From NCBI GenBank assembly GCA_965214605.1, contig OZ243961.1, positions 928,001 to 992,000 on the forward strand: DNA of 64,000 nucleotides. Direction: 5' to 3'. Positions 38,614 through 48,725 of the stretch are shown one piece after another. Numbering within the stretch: position 1 is the stretch's first letter; the number at the start of each line of letters is the position of its first letter. The notes under the pieces were generated by a model. It saw only the letters and a list, made by a program, of their open reading frames with translations. It had not been told where the DNA came from and made no database searches. The translations under genes were made by a program, and so were the position numbers. The stretch is from an uncultured Candidatus Binatia bacterium. Lineage in GTDB: Bacteria > Desulfobacterota > Binatia > Bin18.

Positions 38614-39045
38614 ATGGTCGGCGCCGCGACTCGTGTCTCTGTCGGGGTCCTAACCCGTGGCTCACAAATATTGATCTGCCAACGGAGAGCCGACGCTCAA
38701 CATGGGCTCAAATGGGAATTTCCCGGTGGCAAAGCCAAGGCCGACGAAAATGCCGCGGCCTGTCTGCGACGCGAGCTGCAAGAAGAACTCGGCATTACCG
38801 CCACAATAGGCGCCCTGATGCTGCGCAAACAGCACACCTATCCTCATGGACGCCGCGTCGCCCTGACCTTTTTTCATGTGCCCTCATACACCGGGGTCGC
38901 CCGTAACAGGGTCTTCGAAGCCATAGCCTGGGTCGCACCGCACCAGCTCCCTCGCTACGACTTTCTGGCCGGCGATCGGGATTTTATCACCGCCCTGGCC
39001 GGGGGGGCCTGGCAAGAGCTATTGACTCAGACCAGACGGGGTTGA
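38614..39045 (+). CDS. NUDIX hydrolase, MutT-like
   Basis: KWEFPGGK...CLRRELQEELG Nudix box; FLAGD. Confidence 0.9.
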   Translation: MVGAATRVSVGVLTRGSQILICQRRADAQHGLKWEFPGGKAKADENAAACLRRELQEELGITATIGALMLRKQHTYPHGRRVALTFFHVPSYTGVARNRVFEAIAWVAPHQLPRYDFLAGDRDFITALAGGAWQELLTQTRRG

Positions 39046-39427
39046 TAAGCGCCCGCTTGTCCGCCGCGTCCCCATCTTCCGCGCCCGCAACACCAGCGGC
39101 CCGAGGCGGCCCAGAATCGCATTGCTCTCTGTCGTCAGCTCCGGAACGGCGCGCACACGAGCCGCCAGATGTCCTCGCTTGAGGCATTGGCTGTCACGAC
39201 TTCATCGGTACCGGTTCCGAGAGTGGGGAAGAGCGCAGCGTCACCGCAACGACAAACGGGCCACCGGCCATTGTCCGGATTGTCGCTTCTCACGAGGCGG
39301 TTACGCCGACAAGTTCGAGCGCTCTTCAGCCCAACTATGAGTTCTTCCTTCCGCTTTGCTTGGAGAGACACAGGGAGTCCCCGGCCCCACCCTTGCAACC
39401 GCTTCATAACTAGACGACAATTTTCAC

Positions 39428-40498
39428 GTGAATCGACAACAGCTGTTTGCCACGTTTTTCTTTGCCGCCTTTGTCTTTCTCCTGTTTCAGCTGTACGCCC
39501 TGTTTGCAATTTTCTTGGTCCCGCTCGTTTGGACGGTTATTCTGGTCCTGACCTTTTATCCCCTGTACAGCCTGGTTTTACGTTTGTGTCCGGGCCAACA
39601 AACGATGGCGGCGTTAAGCATGACACTCCTTGTGGTCATGCTGGTTGCGGCTCCGGTTGTGTTGTTTTCCGGCGTGCTGGCCCAAGAGGTCGCCGAGTTT
39701 TACCGCCAGGTCCGCCACGTCGTCCAGTCGGGCGAGTTGCAACACATGCTGTCGAGCTGGCAAGACACATATATGGGACGCCTGTGGCAAAGCTGGGGCC
39801 CACAGGTCGACGCCTTTGATATAGACCTGCCGGGACTGGCACTGGCGGGCGCCAATGCCTTGAGTCAGTATATTTTGGAACAGCTGAGAAACGCTGCCCA
39901 AAACGTGTTCCGCTTTATTTTCGGCTTTGTGGTGATGAGTTTTAGTCTGTTTTTTTTGTTCCGGGACGGCGAGGAGTTGTACTACACCATCAGCGACCTG
40001 CTGCCGATGGAGCCAGGCCATAAGGAGGTGATTTTCACCCGACTCTACGACACCGTATCAGCGGTAGTCCAAGGCATGGTCGCCACCGCCGCGGCCCAGG
40101 GCGTGCTGGCCGGGATTGGGTTTTGGGCGGTAGGTCTGTCGTTTAGCTTTTTTCTGGCCTGTTTATCGGCCTTTTTTGCCATGCTGCCAATAGGCGGGGC
40201 CGCCGCGGTGTGGTTGCCCTGTGTGGCCTATCTGGCTATCTCCGGCCTGTGGGGCCAGGCGGTCGGCCTGCTGCTGTATGGCACTTTCGTGATCAGCATG
40301 GTTGATAATTTCCTAAAGCCCCTCATCATCGGTGGGCGGGCCAAGCTGCCGACCGTGTTTTTATTCTTTGGGATTCTGGGCGGGCTCCAGGCGTATGGAT
40401 TTTTGGGGGTTTTCCTCGGGCCGGTCGTCCTTGGAACGATTATGGCGTTTGTCAAAATCTACAGACAAGAGTACGCCCAGCAGCCGGCTAGACCTTAA
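39428..40498 (+). CDS. AI-2E family transporter
   Basis: Multi-TM; DNFLKPLIIG, GILGGLQAYGFLGVFLGP. Confidence 0.92.
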   Translation: MNRQQLFATFFFAAFVFLLFQLYALFAIFLVPLVWTVILVLTFYPLYSLVLRLCPGQQTMAALSMTLLVVMLVAAPVVLFSGVLAQEVAEFYRQVRHVVQSGELQHMLSSWQDTYMGRLWQSWGPQVDAFDIDLPGLALAGANALSQYILEQLRNAAQNVFRFIFGFVVMSFSLFFLFRDGEELYYTISDLLPMEPGHKEVIFTRLYDTVSAVVQGMVATAAAQGVLAGIGFWAVGLSFSFFLACLSAFFAMLPIGGAAAVWLPCVAYLAISGLWGQAVGLLLYGTFVISMVDNFLKPLIIGGRAKLPTVFLFFGILGGLQAYGFLGVFLGPVVLGTIMAFVKIYRQEYAQQPARP

Positions 40499-41534
40499 AC
40501 CGAAAGTGCACGACGTCCCCGTCGCGCACCACATAGTCCTTGCCTTCAAGGCGCATCTTGCCAGCCTCCCGACAGCCCATCTCGCCCTGGTGGGCAATAT
40601 AGTCGTCATAGGTGATGACCTCGGCCCGAATGAAGCCGCGTTCAATGTCTGAATGAATCTTCCCCGCCGCCCTGACCGCAGTCGTCCCCTGCGTGACGGT
40701 CCAAGCGTGGGCTTCGGGTGGTCCGACGGTGAAAAAGCTCATCAGATTGAGCGCGTCATAGGCAGACCGGATAAAGCGGTCGCGGGCCGACTGCTCAAGC
40801 CCGAGGTCGGCCAGAAACAGATCGCGCTCGTCTGCGTCAAGCTGCGCAATCTCCATCTCAAGCTTCCCGCAGATAGAAACGACGCACAGGCCGTTGTCTT
40901 CGGCATAGGCGGCAATATCCGCAGGGAGGGGGTCGTGCACCTCGTTCTCCTCGACATTATAGACTACTAACAGCGGCTTTTGGCTCAGCAAGGCAAAGCC
41001 GGCCAAGACAATCCGCTCTTCGGGCAGGAACGCCTCCCCGCGCAGCGGTTTTTCCTCTTCCAGAACGCGGTAGCACTTCTCTAACAGCGCCTGCTCGCGC
41101 TCCCTGCCCCTCTCTTTGCGCAGGCGTTCGAGCCGTTTCTCAATGACGCCCATATCGGCCAAAATCAGCTCAGCGTGAAAACCGCGCAAATCGCGCAGTG
41201 GGTCAGCCGGCGTGGTCGCCAGAGGATCGGTAAAGGCCCGCACAACCTGGGCCAAGGCGTCAAGCTCACGCATCTGGGTCAGCGAGCGCGTATCAAGCGC
41301 CGCTTTTCTTTCTGCCGAGGGCGGAAAATCGAGAAAGCCAACCTCGGCGTATTTTTTTTGATCTGGTTTCACGATGTCGGCCAGAGCATCAATCCGCGGA
41401 TCGGGGACTTTGACAACAGCGATAGCAGCCTCGGGTTTTGTATCAAAACCGCCAACATCGGCACTCAGCCCGGTGAGGGCGTTAAAAATGGTCGTTTTTC
41501 CACACCGGGCAAATCCAACAAGTCCGACTTTCAT
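40488..41534 (-). CDS. ychF: YchF-family ATPase
   Basis: GKTTIFNALT, VPDPRID, AAGKIHSDIERGFIRAEV, LEGKDYVVRDGD. Confidence 0.95.
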   Translation of the reverse strand: MKVGLVGFARCGKTTIFNALTGLSADVGGFDTKPEAAIAVVKVPDPRIDALADIVKPDQKKYAEVGFLDFPPSAERKAALDTRSLTQMRELDALAQVVRAFTDPLATTPADPLRDLRGFHAELILADMGVIEKRLERLRKERGREREQALLEKCYRVLEEEKPLRGEAFLPEERIVLAGFALLSQKPLLVVYNVEENEVHDPLPADIAAYAEDNGLCVVSICGKLEMEIAQLDADERDLFLADLGLEQSARDRFIRSAYDALNLMSFFTVGPPEAHAWTVTQGTTAVRAAGKIHSDIERGFIRAEVITYDDYIAHQGEMGCREAGKMRLEGKDYVVRDGDVVHFRFKV

Positions 41535-41547
41535 GGTGCGGGAGGTC

Positions 41548-42630
41548 TTATTGTCTAAAATCCTGAATTGACTGGGCGGGCGTACCATCCTGGCGGGTAA
41601 TCGCTCGCGTCACCGAACGCGTCATGCTGCCAAAGGTCGGTATCCAGCACGAATGGCGGCCCGGACCACCAACAACGAGAATCATCAGGTGTTCCGGCCT
41701 GCGGATAAGGGGCAACGCCGCCTCGCCAGGGAACAGATCTTCCGGCACAAATCCCATACCGTACATCCCCCCGGCTTCCCACAGCTCGCGCGGCACCCGG
41801 GCGTGCTCAAAGACATAGACTCGAATATCGTCTTTATCAATGCCGTCCCGGGCCAAAATCTGGGCGTGCTCTGGTCCCAGGGCTAGAATCGGCTCGCCTA
41901 AGGCGTAGGCGTTGTTCGAGCCCATGCCGGCCATGGTACTGGCGATCGTCGTCAGGATGCCCGGCGCCGCACTACTAATGTGGTCGTTGATATTATGCGG
42001 GCCCTCAGCCCCGCACACCGTGACCGTACTGCAGTCCGTCCCAAAGCCGCGTTCGCGGTGCAGCGGGGTCCATGGATTTTCGGCTTCGTTCTCGGCAATG
42101 CAGTACGAGTATTTAGACGGCTGCCCCTGGGTCGAACGGTCTAGCAAGCCCGGTACCCCACCGCCGATATTCAGCAAGACGAGCCGGATAGCCCGGCCAA
42201 TCGTGGCGTTTGGACGCCAGCCCTGGCCAAAGGCGTTATAGCCGCCGTTGACGCCGAGTTCTTGAGCGATCGGACCGTTCAGGATCACCAGAGGCGCGCA
42301 CGGATGGGTCGTGCTCTGCACTCCGTAGAGGTTGAACGGACTCTCAAGTAGGGCTTCAAGCCCGGTCAGGACGACTGGAAAATACTCCGGGAGACAGCCG
42401 GCCAAGACCGCATTAATAGCCACTTTCTCAACTGTCGCAATACCGTATTTGGGCGGTACGGGCCCGAGTTCGTATTGTGGATCGCGATCGGTCCAGGCCA
42501 GCAATTTCTCAACCCGCTCAGCCGTCGGCGGAATAATCGGCAGACCGTCAGTCCACCCCTGATCGTAAAACCAGTCGTTGACGGCTTCGAGAGAATTGTC
42601 AAGGGAGATTTTCTCAGAATGGAGCGCCAT
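41548..42630 (-). CDS. Conserved hypothetical partner of UGSC proteins
   Basis: GWTDGLPIIPPT, TVEKVAINAVLAGC.PEYFP, NATIGRA, CIAENE; 3 nt after the UGSC gene. Confidence 0.8.
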   Translation of the reverse strand: MALHSEKISLDNSLEAVNDWFYDQGWTDGLPIIPPTAERVEKLLAWTDRDPQYELGPVPPKYGIATVEKVAINAVLAGCLPEYFPVVLTGLEALLESPFNLYGVQSTTHPCAPLVILNGPIAQELGVNGGYNAFGQGWRPNATIGRAIRLVLLNIGGGVPGLLDRSTQGQPSKYSYCIAENEAENPWTPLHRERGFGTDCSTVTVCGAEGPHNINDHISSAAPGILTTIASTMAGMGSNNAYALGEPILALGPEHAQILARDGIDKDDIRVYVFEHARVPRELWEAGGMYGMGFVPEDLFPGEAALPLIRRPEHLMILVVGGPGRHSCWIPTFGSMTRSVTRAITRQDGTPAQSIQDFRQ

Positions 42631-42633
42631 GTT

Positions 42634-43233
42634 TTACGCCGAGCGTCGTCCGAGCTGCTTTCCGATTGGCCTGAGGAAGCGGCCCCGATACTGCTCGACC
42701 AGTTTACCGGCCGGTTGGGTCAGAATTGCAATCACCTCCTCGGCCACAGCCGCCGCCTTGCGTTCGACTTCGTCGGGTTTATTGCCGGCCAGTGGGTGCG
42801 GAATCACCGCAATCGGAATATCGGCCATCCCCAAGGTCTGCGATTCCGCACGGCCTAAGGGCGCAAATTCGTCGCTGCAAATGACCGCTGTTGGCACCCC
42901 GCGTTTTTCTAACTCAATAGTGTCGTGGAGACCCCACGACGTGCACGAGCCTCAATCCCCAATAGCGACAATCACCGCATCACAGTGGGCGAGCCGGGTC
43001 AAGACCTCGTCCGGTGCTGGTAGAGACGCGTTTTTCTCGCCGCTGACACGGGAGAACGGTCCTAATCGGGTGCGTAAGAGCGCCTCGATTTTTTCGAGCA
43101 GCAAACCGGCATTGGCCTTACGATTGTTCAGAAATCCGATGGTTTTCTCTCTGAGATCCGCTGTCCGACGTGCCAGCGGAAGGTCCGTCGTCCGCGCCTC
43201 GGCTGTGGGATTGAGTACTTCCAGCTGTCCCAT
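42634..43233 (-). CDS. UGSC-family selenoprotein, Sec at TGA 42954-42952
   Basis: AAGGAGG RBS; ...[29 protein letters not shown] joins two track ORFs in one frame (199 aa). Confidence 0.9.
42922..42940 (-). promoter_or_regulatory. Putative bacterial SECIS hairpin
   Basis: GUCGUGG-GGUCU-CCACGAC starting 11 nt after the UGA. Confidence 0.75.
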
Positions 43234-43341
43234 ATCGGCCTCCTTGTCAGCTGATTGCTGACGGTCAGTGTAGAACACACCTCTTGCCGGTGCAACGCTT
43301 CAAGCGTTAGTGTGCGGGCGGTCAGCATGAGGAGTCTCCCA

Positions 43342-43947
43342 ATGCCCACGGTCATTATCCCCATCTATTACGACTTTGCGTCGTCCCTGTGTTATGTGGC
43401 CAAAAAGGTGATGGAGCAGCTCGACGGCCAGCTCGACATTGAACTGATGTGGAAAGGTGTACAGATCGCACGCCACCACGACGGCTGGAAGAATGGCGAA
43501 ATGCTCGGCGCTGAAGCCAGGGGCAAGATTGTTCGGGTTGCCCGTGAGACAGGGGTCACACTGCGGGTCCCGGACCGGTGGATCAATTCGGCCGCCGCCC
43601 TCGAAGGAGCGGAGTTTGCCAGGGCTCAGGGGAAGTTCGCCGCCTACCACCACAGCCTGTTCAGCGCGATATACGAGGCGGGCCGGGACATTGGCGATCG
43701 GGCAACCCTGCTCAAGTTGGTCGAAGATCTCGAACTGCCCGTCGCCGAATTTGAATACGCGCTGCAGGTCGGAACCTTTGCCCAACGCGTGAAAGAGACC
43801 GAAGCCGAGGCAAGCACCTTCGGCGTCGTCGGCTATCCAACTTTTATGCTTGGCGAGTTTCCTCTCATTGGCATTCAGCCGGCTGAGACAATGCGCATGA
43901 TGATTCAGCGCTATATCGATAAATCCCGTACCCAAGTGTCGCATTAA
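43342..43947 (+). CDS. DsbA/FrnE-like thioredoxin-fold protein (SxxC variant)
   Basis: [28 protein letters not shown]. Confidence 0.85.
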   Translation: MPTVIIPIYYDFASSLCYVAKKVMEQLDGQLDIELMWKGVQIARHHDGWKNGEMLGAEARGKIVRVARETGVTLRVPDRWINSAAALEGAEFARAQGKFAAYHHSLFSAIYEAGRDIGDRATLLKLVEDLELPVAEFEYALQVGTFAQRVKETEAEASTFGVVGYPTFMLGEFPLIGIQPAETMRMMIQRYIDKSRTQVSH

Positions 43948-43978
43948 CCCTCAGTGGGGCTCACGCAACTCCATCCGC

Positions 43979-44100
43979 CTAGGATCCTTCGGCCTTGATG
44001 ACCTCGGTCCCGAGATCGTCCGAGACTTGCCACCCAAGGGACCGGCTCAGAGACAGCTTAAGAACCCGAAAACCTTCCGGCGCCCGAACCCGTCGCCATG
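43979..44100 (-). pseudogene. Possible decayed CaiB CoA-transferase 5' relic
   Basis: EGFRVLKLS...DDLGTEVIKAE resembles LEGIRVLDLS...ADLGAEVIKVE. Confidence 0.35.
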
Positions 44101-44147
44101 TCCGGTCTTGCGCTGCTCTGGCTCTGCAAACACCAATCTCGGCCGGC

Positions 44148-45302
44148 TTAGGACAGTCCGTACACGCGGGCGACGTTGGCCCCCAAGAAATTGGTGCGGC
44201 TCTCCTCAGACATCGGAGCCACCAGTTCGGCCAAGGCTTTAATATAGTCACAGGTGTGATCATCATGTGGAAAGTCGCTGGCCCAGAAAAACTTCTCCGA
44301 GCCGATGTACTCCATCATATAGCGGACCGATTTTTCATCCGGATCGGCCGAAATCCAGCACTGGCGCTGGAAATAAAAGCTTGGCAGTTCTTTGAGCGGG
44401 ACACTCTTGCCCAGGGCGGTCTTATACGCGGCGTCCATCCGGTCGAGCAAATGGCCGATCCAGCTGGCCCCGGACTCAAGGACGACAATGTTAAGCCGAG
44501 GAAAGCGGTCAAACAGCCCGTACTGGAACAAACCTAAGAACGCCTGCTGAGGGCCCTGGGCACCCAGCAGATCGACCCACCATTCGCCCCATTTGTACAT
44601 CTCTCGGAAACGTTGATAGACCCGCCGGTTGGGTGGCTCGGCAACGGGATGAAGGCCGACCGGCACGCCCAAGTCTTGAGCGACTGCCCAAAACAGATCG
44701 TGATCAGGGTGAGCGTGGGCTTTATCGCTTATCGTGTACGGCGCCACAAAAGCGCCCTTGGCCCCGGCCTTGACGGCCCGCTCCAACTCCTGGGCTGCGG
44801 CCCGGCCATCGGGGAGCGTAATATGGGCGATCGGAATCAGGCGGCCGTCCGAGTCCGCACAAAAATCCACCACCCAGCGGTTGTAGGCCCGGCAATAGGC
44901 CAGGGCTAGCTCGGGATCGGTGATTTCGGTTTCCCACTCAAGCGAGAGCGTCGGGTAGATCAGGGCCTTCGCTAGATTTTCGCGGTTGAGCAACTCAAGC
45001 CGTTCTTGGGGCTTGTTGCCGCCAAACGGCACACTGTCAGCGTAGGGCGTGTGTTTGACCTGGTCGCGCTCCTGTGCGTCATGGCCCATGGAGCGCCCAC
45101 GGGCCAGAATTTCGGCGTCAAAGTAGCGCGACCGCTGGCCGTTCAGCTCCAGATGGTCGAGTCCATCCGGGCCGGGCCGAACCCGAATGGCGCGATCTAG
45201 GAACTGAGACTCAAGATAATTCTCCCACAGATCGGCCGGCTCGTTGATATGGCCGTCGGCATCAATAGCCCCGTCGTAGGGCAGAGACGAAGTACGAAAC
45301 AT
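44148..45302 (-). CDS. Amidohydrolase_2 family protein
   Basis: IDADGHINEP, RAYNRW, LESGASW, WASDFPHDD. Confidence 0.93.
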   Translation of the reverse strand: MFRTSSLPYDGAIDADGHINEPADLWENYLESQFLDRAIRVRPGPDGLDHLELNGQRSRYFDAEILARGRSMGHDAQERDQVKHTPYADSVPFGGNKPQERLELLNRENLAKALIYPTLSLEWETEITDPELALAYCRAYNRWVVDFCADSDGRLIPIAHITLPDGRAAAQELERAVKAGAKGAFVAPYTISDKAHAHPDHDLFWAVAQDLGVPVGLHPVAEPPNRRVYQRFREMYKWGEWWVDLLGAQGPQQAFLGLFQYGLFDRFPRLNIVVLESGASWIGHLLDRMDAAYKTALGKSVPLKELPSFYFQRQCWISADPDEKSVRYMMEYIGSEKFFWASDFPHDDHTCDYIKALAELVAPMSEESRTNFLGANVARVYGLS

Positions 45303-45478
45303 GTCTGCACTCCTTAAGATTGGTGTCTGTCATTCTGGAGCGTTCATATTTTAAACGGTTAGAACGATCAAGTGAGGTTCAACGAAGCGCTCAAAGCGCT
45401 TTGACTAGACACGTCTGATCAAGGGCCGTAGACTACGCCAGACAGCTGAGGCGACGACCGCGTCAGAGGGAGGCACAC

Positions 45479-46753
45479 GTGAAATTCGGGATTTTTTACG
45501 AACTGCAAACTCCAGAACCGTGGCGCGAAGGGGCGGAACAGCGGATATTCCGTGAAGCCCTTGAACAGGCCGAGGTGGCCGACCGGCTGGGGATCGAGTA
45601 TTTCTGGGAGGTCGAACATCACTTTCTTGAAGAATACTCGCACTCCAGTGCGCCTGAGGTCTTCCTGGCCGCGGTGAGCCAACGTACCAAGCGCATGCGT
45701 ATTGGTCACGGTATTGTTGCCCTGCTCCACGCCTATAATCCGCCCGCCCGGGTGGCCGAACGCATCGCCACGCTCGATTTGGTTAGCGACGGACGGCTGG
45801 AGTTCGGCACCGGGGAAACTAGCTCGGCCATGGAGTTGGACGGCTTCCATATTCCGCGGGCAGAAAAACGCGCCATGTGGGAAGAGTCGCTCGAAGCGAT
45901 TACCCGCATGTTTGTGGAGGTTCCGTTCGCCGGACATGTTGGCCAGTATCTGAACATGCCGGCCCGGAATGTCGTGCCCAAACCGGCTCAGAAACCCCAC
46001 CCGCCGCTGTGGGTGGCGTGTTCACGGCGCGACACTATCTTGACTGCGGCGCGTAAAGGCATCGGGGCCTTGACCTTTGCCTTTGTTAGCCCCCAAGAGG
46101 CGCAGCGGTGGGTCGATGATTATTATCGGACGCTGGCCGAGGAATGCGTTCCGGTCGGCTTCAGCGTGAACCCCCATATCGCCACTGTGGCCGGCTTTAT
46201 GTGTGACCGCAACGGCGACCGTGCCCGCCAAAAAGGCACGGAGGGCGCCCTGTTCTTCGCTTACTCGCTGGCCCATTACTACTATTTGAGCCACCACCAG
46301 CACCACCCCGGTCGGACAAATGTGTACGCGTTGTTTGAGAAAGAGAAACATCTGATGGGCCGAGCCCCTGAGTCGGTCGACCGAGCCGGCTTTACGCCGG
46401 GCAGCAATGTCGTTGATCCGGGAGGCTTGGCTAGTCTGACCGCAGCGATCGGCTCGCCCGATGAACTCCGCACAAAGCTGCGCACGTATGAAGCGGCTGG
46501 CGTTGATCAGATGATCCTGATCGCCCAGGCCGGGAAAAATCGTCACGAGGATATCTGTGAATCGCTAGAGCTGTTTGCCAAAGAAGTCATGCCTGAATTT
46601 GCCGACCGCGACGCCCAGCATCAGCAAGAAAAGGCGGCGCGTCTAGAGCCGATGATGGACCGTCTCACGCCCCTGTTGGCGACCAGGCTAGAGGAGGCGC
46701 GGACGCGGGCGACGAGTGTGAGCGAGACGGTATCGGCAAGCGGGATGCACTAA
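45479..46753 (+). CDS. LLM-class flavin-dependent oxidoreductase
   Basis: WEVEHHFLEEYSHSSAPE, AERIATLDLVSDGR, PKPAQKPHPPLW. Confidence 0.95.
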   Translation: MKFGIFYELQTPEPWREGAEQRIFREALEQAEVADRLGIEYFWEVEHHFLEEYSHSSAPEVFLAAVSQRTKRMRIGHGIVALLHAYNPPARVAERIATLDLVSDGRLEFGTGETSSAMELDGFHIPRAEKRAMWEESLEAITRMFVEVPFAGHVGQYLNMPARNVVPKPAQKPHPPLWVACSRRDTILTAARKGIGALTFAFVSPQEAQRWVDDYYRTLAEECVPVGFSVNPHIATVAGFMCDRNGDRARQKGTEGALFFAYSLAHYYYLSHHQHHPGRTNVYALFEKEKHLMGRAPESVDRAGFTPGSNVVDPGGLASLTAAIGSPDELRTKLRTYEAAGVDQMILIAQAGKNRHEDICESLELFAKEVMPEFADRDAQHQQEKAARLEPMMDRLTPLLATRLEEARTRATSVSETVSASGMH

Positions 46754-46799
46754 GAGCCGCCGGCCATGCCAACCAGGAAGGGGGTCTCCGCTCATCGCT

Positions 46800-48695
46800 A
46801 TGCTTCTCTCTGGCATCTCGGTCCTGATCTTTATCGCCCTCCTGTGGTTCTTGGGCTGGTACGCCAAGCGCTGGGTTACGACCGACTCCGACTATCTGTT
46901 GGCCGGCCGCCAGGTGAGTATCATTCCCGGGGTGGCGGGCATCTGTGGGGTGGCCTTTGCCGGCAGTGTAACCAGCATCATTCCTGGTCTGACGATTCAG
47001 TACGGTTTTGTGGGCTGGATTTGGGGCGTCACCCTGCCAATGCTGATTGGCTACAGCTTATACGGGCTGTTGGCCAGCCCCTATATCCGCCGCAGCGGGG
47101 CCTATACCTTACCCGAGTGGCTGGAAGTCCGCTTTGACGCCCGCACCCGGCTGGCCGTCAGCATTGCCTCACTGATCGGCTTGACCGGGGTCGTGGCCAT
47201 GAACATTGTGGCTATGGCCCTCATTCTGGTCGGCTTTCTGGACGCCCCCCTGTGGCTGATGATCAGCCTGGTGTTGATCGGTCATTTGATCTTTATCATC
47301 TTAGGCGGTCTGTGGGCCTTAACGCTGACCGATGTGATCCAGGTATTACTGGGCTTTATCTTGGTTCCAGCGCTGGTCGGATATTGTGCCTGGACCTTTG
47401 GCGGCTGGAACAGCATTCAGACCACGTTTGTGACCGATACACCGCTGAGCCAGGGGATACACGGGGCATTTCCGGTGTTCCAGCTCAGCTATCCGAGCAT
47501 GCTGACGGTCTTTTTCGTCCTCGGCATGTTTATCCAGTGGGGCGGCAATTACTACTGGCTGCGGGCGGCTTCGGCCCGAACCGAAGCGGTGGCCTGTTAC
47601 CAATATCTGGTTGGCGGTGTCTTAGTGGCCGTGGTCGTGCACGCCGCCCTAGGCATCCTCGGTCTCTACGCCGGCAGTCTGTATCGTGAGGCATTCCTGG
47701 CCCAGGCGAATCCGATGAGCGCTTACGGCATGTTGCTCCGGGATTTTCCGCCCGGCGTGACCGTCGTGGGCCTGGTGACCGCCTTTGCTGCCACTATCTC
47801 GACGACCAGCAATGCCCACATGGGGATCACCGCGACGCTGGTGCGTGACATCTATCAGCGCTTCCTACGGCCCGAGGCGTCAATCGCTGACGTTTTGCGT
47901 ATGGGCCGTATCTTAACCGTATTGACCGGAGTGGCTATTTGGGCCCTCAGCTTTTATCCTGGCGGCCCGTACCTCCTCCTAGGAATCAGCTGCGCGTTGT
48001 TGGGACCGGCGGCTCTGATCTTCTTTTTTGGCCGGAGCTGGTCCGGCATGACTGCGGCCAGCGCATTTTGGACGGCTCTGCTGGGCATGATCAGCATGCT
48101 CGTCTACGAGGGTCTCCGCCTGCTCGGCCTCATCCCGTGGTCGGCACACACGGTGATTATCGGCACCGCGCTGATGCTGCCGCTCATCGTAGGCATTTCC
48201 CTCGCGCAACCTCAGACCGCGCAACGGTCCGCAGCGACCGGGTTGAACGATTCGCACCGGCGGATACTTGAGCTCTTGGGGCATGGCTACACCCAAATGG
48301 CCGAGATCAGCGACTTCTTGACCATGGACAGTAGCCGGGTCAATGACCTGGTCGAGGATCTGATGGCGCACGGACTGGTCCGACGTCGGGCGCTGCGAGG
48401 GCCGGATTTTTTTAGCCTGGACCTCACCCCTGAGGGGCGGCACGGGCCGGAGGCGGCCGACGAAGATCCGCTCGGGCTTGACGTCCTGGAACACACCCTG
48501 GGTCAGGCCAAAACGCTCTCCGAGCTAGGCCGAACGCTAGGCATCCGGGGCACAACCCTAGGGGCGGCCGTCAGTCGCTTAGAGCGACTCGGCTACGTAC
48601 AGACCCGTGGTATCTGGCAGCGACGGGTCTCCGCGTCCGACACGGGGAGGGCAGTATTGAGCACCTGCGGCCGCGGGCCGGCGGCCGCCGATTGA
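46800..48695 (+). CDS. Sodium:solute symporter (SSS) fused to two C-terminal winged-helix domains
   Basis: DYLLAGR, YTLPEWLEVRFD, GGLWALTLTDVIQ, AATISTT, DIYQR; ~13 TM; then two MarR-like wHTH repeats (~48240-48430 and ~48470-48660). Confidence 0.85.
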   Translation: MLLSGISVLIFIALLWFLGWYAKRWVTTDSDYLLAGRQVSIIPGVAGICGVAFAGSVTSIIPGLTIQYGFVGWIWGVTLPMLIGYSLYGLLASPYIRRSGAYTLPEWLEVRFDARTRLAVSIASLIGLTGVVAMNIVAMALILVGFLDAPLWLMISLVLIGHLIFIILGGLWALTLTDVIQVLLGFILVPALVGYCAWTFGGWNSIQTTFVTDTPLSQGIHGAFPVFQLSYPSMLTVFFVLGMFIQWGGNYYWLRAASARTEAVACYQYLVGGVLVAVVVHAALGILGLYAGSLYREAFLAQANPMSAYGMLLRDFPPGVTVVGLVTAFAATISTTSNAHMGITATLVRDIYQRFLRPEASIADVLRMGRILTVLTGVAIWALSFYPGGPYLLLGISCALLGPAALIFFFGRSWSGMTAASAFWTALLGMISMLVYEGLRLLGLIPWSAHTVIIGTALMLPLIVGISLAQPQTAQRSAATGLNDSHRRILELLGHGYTQMAEISDFLTMDSSRVNDLVEDLMAHGLVRRRALRGPDFFSLDLTPEGRHGPEAADEDPLGLDVLEHTLGQAKTLSELGRTLGIRGTTLGAAVSRLERLGYVQTRGIWQRRVSASDTGRAVLSTCGRGPAAAD

Positions 48696-48725
48696 CAACA
48701 ATCCACACGCAAAAAGGAGACCTCT

